DNA of 63,303 nucleotides, the filler included, from Trichodelitschia bisporula (taxonomy: Eukaryota): assembly GCA_010356995.1 (NCBI GenBank). It is 9 parts of 5 records of this genome, joined end to end, with 100 filler letters (N's around TTAATTAATTAA, not from the genome) between each part and the next. Parts side by side here need not be neighbours in the genome. Positions count along the whole stretch, not along the records: positions 8,232 to 28,155 come from ML996690.1; positions 28,256 to 37,836 come from ML996690.1; 7 more parts are not named here. One strand, given 5' to 3'. Shown one piece after another: positions 23,627-34,685 of this stretch (position 1 is the stretch's first letter; each line of letters opens with the position of its first letter). The position numbers and the translations under genes were made by a program. The notes below the pieces were generated by a model, which saw nothing but the letters and a program-made list of their open reading frames with translations, was not told the origin of the DNA and made no database searches.

Positions 23627-24908
23627 TGTGAATGTTTTGATGGCTTTGCCGAAGTGAGGTGAGGTTCGAGGTTCACAGCAGGCAGGGTATTTAAGTCTGG
23701 GGGAAAGCTCTAGTTCTAGGCAGACATGACAGACTCAATGCTCAAAGCTATGACTATTTCAACGCCTCATGAAGGATGCAGCTCGAGACGAAATTATTGG
23801 ACAACTGAAGCAACTTTGGAAAGTGAGCGTTTCACATTCTCTAATCATCGATTTGGTCCTGCAGAGGCCTGTCTTTGTGTCGTACGGATGTACAGCACAG
23901 TTGATTAGTTTTTCCCCCACGTAAGTACGAGGTACAGTACAACGTTACTTCACACCCACGCGGTACCGTACTGATGCTTACTGACAGCCAGAGGGGTGGG
24001 TGGGACGACCCGAAGACCGAGTTTAGACATTTATCTGTCGCTTGATGTCGTCGCGTTGTTGTCGCGCACATGTCAGTGAGGAAGCGGCTTCTGCAGACTA
24101 TTCTTCTTGTTCCCTCGCAGGCGCTTCTCCCCCGATACAAGGCCACAAAAGCTGGTGCAGCCTACTCCGCATGGACGGGAGGTACAGCACAGTCAAGCAC
24201 CTCACGCAAGAAAATCGCCTTACTGTTTCGTACCATGGTAGTTTAAGCACGAACCACACGACTCTTCGAGCTCCGCCGGCATCTGCCTTCGGGAGGGGTG
24301 CAGTAATGTACAAATCCGCAGTGGTCAACCGACATGATGGGAAAACTTTTGAGAGCAGGCCTCGTCGACACCCAGGGTACAGCGGAGCGGACAATGGTTT
24401 TGCCAGCTGGCCACCTACCCTTCCATTCATACTGCGGTAAATTTAAGCCTTGATTATTGGTGGACGCATCGCCATGCAGTATGCATGTAGACTGCAGAGG
24501 CGCGTTGGCATGTTAGGCTTGCGCCTGTGAAGAAGAGGAGTTGGGGCTGTGCCTCTGAGGTGGAGGGATCAGGCTGCGCCTTTGAAGAGGAGGAGTGGGG
24601 CTCTCATTCCCTTCCCGTTCACTCTACGCTCAGTCAACTTCAAAACGCACGCTTCACCATCATCGGGCCTTTCTTCTCGACTGTTCGTACAACATCTTCT
24701 GCGATCATCGGATCAGGAAGCTACATCATCGGTACGAACACACTTCTTTAATCCCAGTCTCCTCTAACTCGCGTATAGCCCGAAGCCAGTAAGGCCAGGC
24801 AAGCCAGGAACCACCTCAGGATCATCTTTCTCAAAAGCTGTTGCTCTACTATCACCGTCTTACACCACACCACGCTGCCGGCTCCCTCTAAAGTGTGCAG
24901 CCCTGCGG

Positions 24909-27900
24909 ATGGCGTCAAAGAGGCCGAGGCCAGACGATTTGATCGAACCGTCGAAAAGGCTGAGGCTCTCATCACCGGGATATGGAGTCTCGTCTTCCAG
25001 TGAGGATAGACTGCAACCCAACAATGAGGTAGGTTCTTCGTTCGTATGATCTGCCCAGTGGCCTACAGAGATCGAATGCAAATCCACTGACATTGTCAAG
25101 CTATCCAATACTGGCACAACCGTTGTTCGGAGCCCGCCGGGGATCCGATTGAAGCATTCGCAATACACAATAGGATGGATATGCGCACTCCCTATCGAAC
25201 ACAAGGCTGCACGGGGGATGCTGGACGAAGAGCACCCAAGTCTCCCTCAGAATCCATCAGACGACAATGTCTACACGCTTGGCCGCATTGGCGAGCACAA
25301 TACGGTCATTGTGGGCTTGCCGGCAGGGTTAATGGGCACCTCCACAGCGGCCTGGGCGGCTAGTAAAATGCAGGCGACTTTCAGCTCGATTCGGTTCGGC
25401 CTGATGGTGGGCATTGGAGGTGGTGTGCCGAGCTGCAAAAATGATATTCGGCTGGGGGATGTTGTTGTGAGCCAACCATCCAAGGGCCATGGCGGAGTAA
25501 TTCAGTACGACTTCGGGAAAACAACACCAGACAAGTTTGAGCGGACTGGCTTCCTGAATTCGCCTCCCATCGTCTTGCTGAATGCAGTAGCGAATCTGAG
25601 GGCCAATTATGATCTGGGAGGGAAGATCTTGTGCCACCTTACGCAGCTGTCCCGTCAACCTTTATTTGCACGGGAGAATGCCGGACCGGATGTTTTATAC
25701 CGCGCTGACTACAACCACGAGCGACCCGGTACTAGTGATTGTAGTGAATGCAAGACGGACTTTATCAAACGGCGACAGCCACGTGGTAATGATTTTGTCA
25801 TTCATTACGGCACCATAGCATCCGGAAACCAAGTTGTGCGAGATGCCACGACAAGGGACAGACTCAGCAAGGATTTTGGAGGCGTTCTTTGCTTTGAGAT
25901 GGAGGCGGCGGGGCTTATGAACCATTTCCCCTGCCTTGTTGTGCGGGGCATCTGCGACTATGCCGACTCGCATAAGAACAAGAGCTGGCAACCGTATGCG
26001 GCAGTGACGGCAGCTGCGTATGCGAAAGAGATCCTGTTGTCGATACCGGCAGCCGAAGTCGAGACAGGATCATCTGCGTTTGAGGTGATGAACCAAAATC
26101 TCGGTAAGTGGCTTTTACCTTTCTTTGATGGTAGTTGTCATACGGTAGGGAAGAGAGGGCTAACCGCTGTTGTTAGAATTCAATAAGGTCCTCGGTAAAC
26201 TACCCACTGCTGTGGATGCGCCGTTCAATGTACGCAAACGAGAACACGAAACTGCCTGCCTCCCTGGTACCCGTGTCGCACTTCTCGACCAGATATATGA
26301 CTGGGTTGATGCAAAAACCCACCCAAATATATTCTGGCTGAGCGGGTTGGCCGGCTATGGCAAGTCTACGGTTGCGCGAACAGTGGCCGCCAGATGCTTC
26401 GGGAAAGGTCTTAGCGTCAGTTTCTTCTTCACCAAAGGCGGCGGAGATGTTGGCCACGCCGGTATGTTTGTTACAAGTATCGCAGTGCAGCTTGCAAATA
26501 ATGTGCCGGATCTAAAGCCGGTCATTTGCGAGGCCATCGCCAAGCACAGCAACATCGCAAACCTGTCTCTACGCGAGCAGTGGGACCGTCTTGTTCTCGC
26601 TCCTTTATCGCGGTTTGGAACCGATCAATCCTCTCCAACATTTCTCCTGGTTGTTGACGCTCTTGACGAGTGCACAGGTGAGAGTGACGCGCGGACCATT
26701 CTTCAGCTTTTCGCCGAACTTCGAGGATCAAACGAGGCCAGACTTCGAGTCTTTTTGACAAGCAGACCCGAAGCTCATATCCGGCAGGTATTTCACGATA
26801 TACCAGAAACAGAACGCTACGACTTTAGACTGCAGGACATATCGGAGTCGGTGGTCGAGGATGACATTCGCTTTTTCCTACGGCAAGAGTTCAGCGGTAT
26901 TGCCCGCCACCTTCATTGCAGCACTGACTGGCCAAGCGCGCAGGACATCATTCGTCTTGCTCGGAACGCAAGTGGCCTATTCATCTGGGCTGCTACGGCA
27001 TGTCGCTTTGTTAGGACGGGGAGACAATTTGCCACCGACAGACTGGCTACCCTCCTAAACCAATCCCCCACCGAGGGTAACACGCCGGAGAAGCAGCTCG
27101 ACTACATCTATTCCACTGTCCTCAAGCAAAGCGTTCCTGCTGAAGACTTTTCGGAAGCAGAGAAGGAAGAGCTGCGGTCTATGCTGAGATCTCTAATTGG
27201 AAGCATTGTGACCTTATTCTCTCCACTTTCCATCCAGTCCTTGAGCAACTTGATGGAAACTCGCGGCGACAAAGTAAGCCAGACACTGCACGATCTCCAC
27301 GCCATTTTCGACATTCCAAAAGAGCCAAATAGCGCACTCCGTTTACACCACCCCTCATTTCGGGACTTCCTTCTGGATAAAAAAAGAAGCGGAAATGCCA
27401 AGTTTTGTGTTGACGAGAAGCAAGCACATCAGTCTCTTTCTGCGCACTGCATGCGACTTATGTCCAAATCCCTTAAGCAAGACTTGCTGGGAATCGGCCG
27501 TCCGGGTGCGCCTGCAATAGAAATCGAGAACGATCGACTAGAGCGATGTCTCCCTGCTGAAGTACAATACGCATGCCTCTACTGGATCCAGCATGCTCAG
27601 AAGGGTGGCTCCCAGCTTAGAGATGATGACCAAGTCCATCGGTTTCTAAAGGAGCATCTCCTTCATTGGCTTGAGGCGCTTGGATGGATGCAGAAGGTTT
27701 CCGAAGGGTTTCATGCCATCGTGTCTTTGGAGTCCATGATATCTGTAAGCTGGACGTAAAGCAGAGTGGGGATGCTTGGCTGATACTTGGTTTAGGCGCA
27801 GAGGTGTCCGCGACTATCGGAGTTTGTTCATGACATGAAACGATTTGTCCCGTACAACCGGACAGCCATCGAACTAGCCCCCTTGCAAACATATTGCAGT

Positions 27901-28155
27901 GCGCTGGTATTTTCCCCGGCAGCAAGCCTCGTAAAAATGCAGTTTCAAAGCCAAAGGCCGCTGTGGATGCCCGGACTGCCGCAGGTTAGAGACAACTGGG
28001 ATACCTTGCTGCAGACGCTCGAGGGCCATTCGGAAGCGGTCAGCGCCGTGGCCTTCTCGCCAGACGGCAAGCAGCTGGCGTCGGCATCGGACGACTCGAC
28101 GGTCAGGCTGTGGGACGCCGGCTCGGGAAAGGCGCTGCAGACGCTCGAGGGCCAT
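24909..28155 (+). CDS. NLR: PNP_UDP_1 - NACHT - WD40 (HNWD-like); 3' end lost in gap
   Basis: ATG 24909; introns 25029-25100, 26104-26176 and 27745-27795 all splice in frame. Motifs [35 protein letters not shown]-loop GLAGYGKST, Walker [10 protein letters not shown], then a WD40 repeat. Confidence 0.93.
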
Positions 28156-28719
28156 NNNNNNNNNNNNNNNNNNNNNNNNNNNNNNNNNNNNNNNNNNNNT
28201 TAATTAATTAANNNNNNNNNNNNNNNNNNNNNNNNNNNNNNNNNNNNNNNNNNNNGCGCCACCAACTTCACCCGTGCCACCAGCCCAGTCGCCACCTGCG
28301 CCACTGCCTCAGCTCGTCTCCCTTCCCCCGCCACGGTACAACCCCGCACTCAGCCCGCTAGGCACCCCACGCGGAGAATCGGAGTGCGGGGTAGCGTTGC
28401 CTGAGTTACGTTCAGAGGTGACGCTGCAGAGACGGAACAGGGGTCCCTACAGGCGCCCACGCTTGATCGAGATATGACCCTCCCGATACTCATGATGCTT
28501 CGCTTGCAGATCCAACCGGGCCAGCTCTGGAGGGGAACCGGCGACAGGCCGAAGACGGGGCGATTTGAGGGAGGCATGGTGGTTCAATGTGGAGGCAGGA
28601 CGAGCACACGTTACTGCCCATCCAAAATCTCTTAACGCGCTAGTAATTTACATTCCAATTGAATGAAATCTGGCGCTGGATTTGGCGGCAAGACGGAGGA
28701 AGGTATCAGCTTCCATTGA

Positions 28720-30676
28720 TCACACCCTCCTGCGCTTGTGGATGGCGAGGTTCCCACGTTGGTAAAATTTCGGGCCACACTCACTGGACGGCCACAAGCA
28801 CCCAACCACATGTCTAAATCCGGCTACTTGGAATCCACTGACGACGTGCACTACTTCGTCCATCAGCCTGGCTGCTTGATTTTCCGCCGTAGAGCATGCA
28901 GAAAGATATGCAATCTCGGCGTGTGGAAGCCGTATCTGAGATACTTGGCGAACACTAAGCGTTTCCCTCCCTGGATTCCGGTCTGCTCCCCCAGCCGCCT
29001 GTAGAAGTGGGCCACTTTCGGACGGGTCGGTGGAATCCGATACTCCATGGCAAGCAAAATGAGCAATATCAGACTCTCCAAGATGCCGCATAACCGTCGC
29101 AACGTCGGGCAGATCGAGATGTCGTATCCGAGCGGAAGCCCCAACCGCGGCTTCGACCTCACACCGCTCAGCCTTCACTCCGTCGAGGCTGTGCGCATCT
29201 GGTGTAGTCCCCATAGTAACAATGAGCAACGCCGGCTGGCGGTTACGTGATACAGCTTCGCCAGACGCCCGCTCTCTGGAATAAGCAAGAGCTTTGATTG
29301 ATGGCGTGTATGACGACACAGCGCAACAGTATGCATTTTCCGATGCGTGTCCGGTTTCGCCGGCAGCGTGAAACGGGAAAGAACTAGCAAGGCCTGTGCC
29401 GATCCACCAGACCCTAGGCAAGGAGTCTGCTGAGAAGGAGTCTGCTGAGGTTTGGATACGGTACCGAAGCTCCTGAAAAACAAGCTTCACGCAGTTTTGC
29501 CACAACCACGAAAGGAATTCGCGATAGGCCTTGTTCCTTGCGCCACGATCGCCCGACGATGCATTGGTGAGGTCTTGACCCAGCCAATCTTCAGCTTCGG
29601 ATGCACCGAGAAGAGGAAGGGGGATGGCTGCGCAATTGGTGGGTGAGATGATAATCGCATCGCTTCTGAGACCGGTGGCATTGACGACAATGATGCATCC
29701 TTCTGCTGAACACTTTTGCATGTATTCAGTGGCCAGTGCCTTCTGGAACCGGCTGAATTGCGGCAGTCTCCGTATCTCCTCTATGCACTCTTCCAGCTCT
29801 TCGATAGCCTCTGAGAATCTCTCCAGAGCTATCTGTCGTAGACGCTGATCGGTGTTGCTCTTGATGGGGGTATTAACTTCCTCGCGGAGGCTCTCGTATT
29901 TTGTGCAAAGATCCGGGTACACCGCTCGCAGCGCAGAAACGTCACTTCGATCGTCGATGAGGAGTCCGAGAATGAGTGCGCGTCCCTTCTCTAATACTTC
30001 TAGAGCCTCGCTTGGAGGTTTCCCCACTTGAAGGGCAAGAGAGCATGCACTGGCCGCCAGACCAGAGAACAAGGAGACAACATGCTGCTGATCGTTCCGG
30101 CTCAATGATCGATTGTGAACGTGAGGGAGGAGATCGAGAGCATCAACTGAAATGCGATAAGCTGCCTCAAAGACTTGTCGGTCTTGGAGCAACAAGAGAG
30201 CATGCCTGGAGGCACGTAACCGGACGAACGGGGGAGCATTGGGGCAATGCCAAGCCCGTCTATAGGTGTCGAGAGCTGCGGCAGTTGAGACTTTAGGAGA
30301 AGCGCCCCTCCCAAGCTGAGAAGACACGTTGCGAGATCTGGGTGGCGCTAGGCGTGACATCGACTGCCCTCTGGGTCACTTTGATCGCCTCTTCGAGGTC
30401 GTCCATCTTGCCCGTCCGCTCATATCGGCTTTCGAGTTTGGTCCCCAAGTTGTTCAGCCTCCCCGCGAGATCTGGATGATCGCTAGGCGTGACATCGACT
30501 GCCGTCCGGGTCACTTTGATCGCCTCTTCGAGGTCATCCAGGTTGCCCGTCCGCATATATCCGCTTTCGAGTGTGTTCCCCAAGTTGTTCAGCCTCTCCG
30601 CGAGAGCCGGGTGGTCGCTAGACGTGACATCGGCTGCCGTCCCCGTCACTTCGATCGTCTCTGCGAGGTCGTCCAT
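28720..30676 (-). pseudogene. TPR-CHAT caspase-like protease; two frameshifts and a C-terminus replaced by a zinc-finger fragment
   Basis: TPR repeats (DHPDLAGRLNNLG), LEKGRALI, RSDAII, PRVWWIGTG..FPFHAAG, SSYTPSIKAL, catalytic HFACHG and AYLSACST, GFRHVVGCLW. Frameshifts at ~30345 and ~30295. Confidence 0.88.
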
Positions 30677-32019
30677 CCTGCGTCTCCGCTGATGTTGGCT
30701 TTCTGGACTGCTTCCCAAGCTTTCAGCTCCCCTGCGTAGTCTGGATGGCCACAATGTAAGCAAAGAACAGCAGGGCACTCGGGTGTCTCACAGAACAGGT
30801 TTAGCACTAGTAGGAGACAGGCGTGAATCTGGCGAAGAACAGAATGCGATCGCTGCCTTCCCGAAGGCAACATTCTACCAGGCTTGGTAATGCCACATGT
30901 GATATTAATGTCAGCACATTATTGGTGAGGGTTAGTTTACAGCCTGACGGTTGGGCTTGGCAAGGCGTCTTTTGCGGATAAACCCTCGTAACGACATGCG
31001 GGGCACCGCCTGCTGCTGCCAAGGGTCATGGTTTGGGCAGTCACCTGCATAATTTCAGCTAGCCATAGGCCCCGCTCCGTGAGGGGGGAAGGTGTCGTGG
31101 GATGTGCCGTCCGGGATCTGTCGCTCCCCAATCATGCTACTCCTGCCTGTCAGGGGCTGTGCATAGGGCTGAGCCGTAGGCTCACCCTAGGCTCAGCCTT
31201 GTGGTGAAGCCTTGAGCTCCGCCCCAGGTGTGGCTGAGGGTTATCCTTGGACTGAGGAGCTCAGCCTTGGACCCCCACCAATTAATACATATGGCTACGA
31301 TCGTTGGCTCTTGACAGGACAACGATATGTCTCGTCTTCACCTCTGACCATCTGCTATTCAGCCCGTCCACAATCCCCACTGTGACAGGAGCGTGCAACA
31401 GTGTGGAAATCAAGAAGGGTATGATACAGGTATGAATAGGTTAGTTCCATAAAGGTCTATCTGGAAAGCGAGCCACCGGACCCTTAAGCACGTCGCGCGG
31501 CCGTCCGCCTGAGGCACGGCGGAGTGCGGGGAGTGGGGAGGCTGGCGTGACGTGGCAGCAGCTGCGTGGGGAGGTCGTGGGGAGCCAATGAGTTCAAGGT
31601 CCGGCGGCGGTCTCCCACGACACCGCCCGAGCGGGATGTATGCGGGTTTTGGGCTGGGATTCTCAGTACTGTAGTCTACCCTAGTCAAGGGCATCTTCGT
31701 CGCGCGGCTGTTAGGGAACCGTGGAAGTATCCTATCATTTGCTTACAGCTCCCCACGAATGGCCCTATGCCAGGAGATTGATGCGGCCCTCTTATGCCCT
31801 ATGTCGTCTCGTCAGCCGACGCAGCCTCCGGGAATAGCCCCACAGCCAAGGACGAACATAGTCTCCCTATTCCATACATCTTCTTTTCAGCCCCAACAGC
31901 CTTCGGGGATACATTCATGCGATGGAATTCTAACCATAAAGTTTATCGTCTCCAGTTCTCCTCCTCAAATCCTTCTTGATCCAAGGCTCTTTGGCCAAAA
32001 CGGAACGGAACATTCCATC

Positions 32020-32838
32020 ATGCCTGTTAGCTTCCTGCTTCCCCAATTCCTCCTCCCTCTCTCCAGCGTTCAACTTGGGCGTTTCGTCATCAGCACTACC
32101 GAACCTCACCAAGACTTCCACGACTCTATCTCCGTTATCGGCGATGGACTGGCCGAGAAGATTCAAAACCAATACGAGGGCTTTCGTGGCTCTACCACCG
32201 ATGAAAGCTTCGCAGCGAAGCTTACCAGCTTCCTCTCGGCCTCCTTCTCAAAGCGCACCAAATCATCTCTGCGGATCACATCTACGCAAGTCAGGACATA
32301 CTACCTGAAAAACGCCACAGAATGGTTCAGAGGCGCTTTACAGCACAAAGCGACGCGCATGTGGTTTGAGAGAAAGATGGACGAAGGAGAAGATATATTC
32401 ATGGTGGTCGGCTATCACACGGTGTTGGATGCACGTATCATCGAACAAGCTGGCGAACAGCGCGCTGCAGGAGGTAGTGCCGTTTTACCAGTCTCCGCAG
32501 CGCTGATGGCCGTTGGCATCGCGATCCCCCTCGGGGGCTTAATCGATCCGGGCGTTGCTACCGCTCGTGGGCGTATGGAAAATGAGCTGGGACAGTTCAT
32601 CGCGCAAGGCGAGCAGATCTGTGCTGTGCAATATCGCAAGGTTCAACCCAGATGGTTTTCAAGGAGCAAAATTGACAAGATCATGCTTTCAAAGGATCCT
32701 TGGTGGGAAAGGTATGACAAACTACGAGACCTTCAGGAAGGTTGTGAAGATGTCGTTGAGGTAGTCTTGAGCGATGCAGCGGTCCCGGAGGGAGAACACG
32801 ACGAATGCCAGATAGGACCGGATGTGTTTGTGTCGTGA
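32020..32838 (+). CDS. Fungal gasdermin (HET-Q1/RCD-1-like), copy 2, 272 aa
   Basis: 8 aa differences from copy 1; intact ORF; head-to-head with TPR-CHAT across ~1.35 kb. Confidence 0.8.
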   Translation: MPVSFLLPQFLLPLSSVQLGRFVISTTEPHQDFHDSISVIGDGLAEKIQNQYEGFRGSTTDESFAAKLTSFLSASFSKRTKSSLRITSTQVRTYYLKNATEWFRGALQHKATRMWFERKMDEGEDIFMVVGYHTVLDARIIEQAGEQRAAGGSAVLPVSAALMAVGIAIPLGGLIDPGVATARGRMENELGQFIAQGEQICAVQYRKVQPRWFSRSKIDKIMLSKDPWWERYDKLRDLQEGCEDVVEVVLSDAAVPEGEHDECQIGPDVFVS

Positions 32839-33122
32839 ATGGTGGCAAGGAACATTTTGGATCCCGCTGCAAGCACGGTAGCCCTTCTCTTTTGATTCTC
32901 AACCGTTTTGTTAGCTCCTCTTTTCTCACAATCCATAACCTTCTTCTGGAGGGTTCAGGACGTGCACATGATAATCAATGCATTTCGAGTATGTTGTGGT
33001 TCCAAAAGGGGTCCATGAAGATCATCTTAGCCAGCTAGTGTACAAGTGTGAAGTGAGTAGGCAAAAATCTCACGGAAAACCTCCAAGGTGTACCTCCCCG
33101 GACCCATTCCGAAGCATTTGCG

Positions 33123-33196
33123 GGGATGGCTAGAAGCATGGAGATGGCTAGAAGCATGGAGATGGCTAGAAGCATGGAGATGGCTAGAAGCATGGA
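33123..33196 (+). repeat. 18-bp tandem repeat GGAGATGGCTAGAAGCAT x4
   Basis: Four units here versus one unit in the paralogous segment near 5485-5500. Confidence 0.9.
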
Positions 33197-34685
33197 ACCA
33201 CCTGCTTTTCAGCAAGCTTTGTGGGAGAGGTTTTGCGCCCTGATTCCGACGGCCAGTGTCACGGGCAACGTCTGGGACATCAAATGTACTGAGTGCGTGT
33301 ATGACTGAAAATACTGCTATGAAGAGGAAACGTGAAGGGTCTAGAACTGGAATGCAGATGCGGGGTGGCAGTGGACCCTGGGCTTGGCACCGAGCGGATG
33401 AGCAACGCACTGGCAGGGCCTGACGTGCTGAGACCATGACAGCCAGCCGCCATATCCCAGTGACCCGCACTCAGCTCCTCTGCTCCCCGCGAAGTTCCAA
33501 GAATCCGATCGTCATTGATTACCGTAACCGTGCTGTTACCCGCCAGCAACCCTTCCACTTCAGTCGTCGTGCATATCGTGCTTCCCCAGCCATTATCCCG
33601 CCGGTGTGCTCGCCGTCCTTCGTCATTGCCCGCGCTTCAAACAAGCGAAAATGTGGGGAAAGGCCCCGCTCAACAGCCGCCAGGTTGACGCAACCGCGCC
33701 ACACGCGACGTCAACGAAAAGTTACGACTGCCTCTACTCCAATTCAACCCGTCGTCATCATCATGCACCGGAGAACGTTCCGATCCAAATCAAACGCCCG
33801 TCAGGGCCCAGCTGGAGTCACACCAAGGAGCACGTAGCATGGTCAAACAAAGATTGTTCTACGAAGGTTCTTTGAGCACGTCCGCCAACATCGGCCCGAC
33901 CGCATTCGCGCCTCTCGGGGGTATCACTCCGTCTGCCGCACCCTTCCGACCCGGCATCAGATCCGCACAGATTCCAGTCGCTTCCAGTAACACAGATGTT
34001 CCGCTTCAAGGCCGGACTCGAGATGCCACCACGCGTCCACTGGTTGGCCTTGCCACGCAAGGCGTTGGCCCTTACGGCCGGAAACTGCAGCATCAAGGCT
34101 GAGGCTTCGGCAGGAGGCGGACTGGTCCGACCCGGCTGGTCAAGGGTGGCCGTCCCCACTCCTAGTGAAGTGCGGCCTCCCGACACGCATGGCGGAGCGC
34201 GTCCCATTCAGCAATGAAAGATCGGCGACGAGCCTGTCGTCGAGGGCCCAGACGCGGACCTGATTCAATCACCTTTGCCGCCACCGGCTCGGAATCTTTG
34301 CTGCAAGGACTGGAACAACTCACCTTGTGGCGACGAAGTCGTGAAACCCTCGCCTCCAAAGGCGTCCGCGGCAGAACGACCCAGGGCCGCGAGCGTGTCG
34401 GCAGCGATTGCCGCGGCGCGGCTGCAGCCGACGGGAAGCGACAAGTGCGCAGTGCCCAAAACCACGGCTCGCTTTCAACTCCGCCAAAACGCGCCAGAAC
34501 AGTAAACCAAAAGGCAGGTCGTCGAACCTACGACTGCCGCACGGCATCGTCAGCAGTGCCAATGCGTCGGCCAAAACCGTGACGAGCCCGAACGAGTCGG
34601 CGGTATGCTGTGCGGAAGTCTGTGTTCTATCAATTCGCCACCCACCCCTCCATCGCGTGCATCCGTCACCGGGCCATCGAACCCC

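Noticed and set aside
31759..32019. N-terminal extensions of the gasdermin ORFs (347 and 359 aa in the track)
   Set aside because: The two copies differ in frame upstream, whereas the shared ATG (MPVSF) gives identical 819-nt ORFs.
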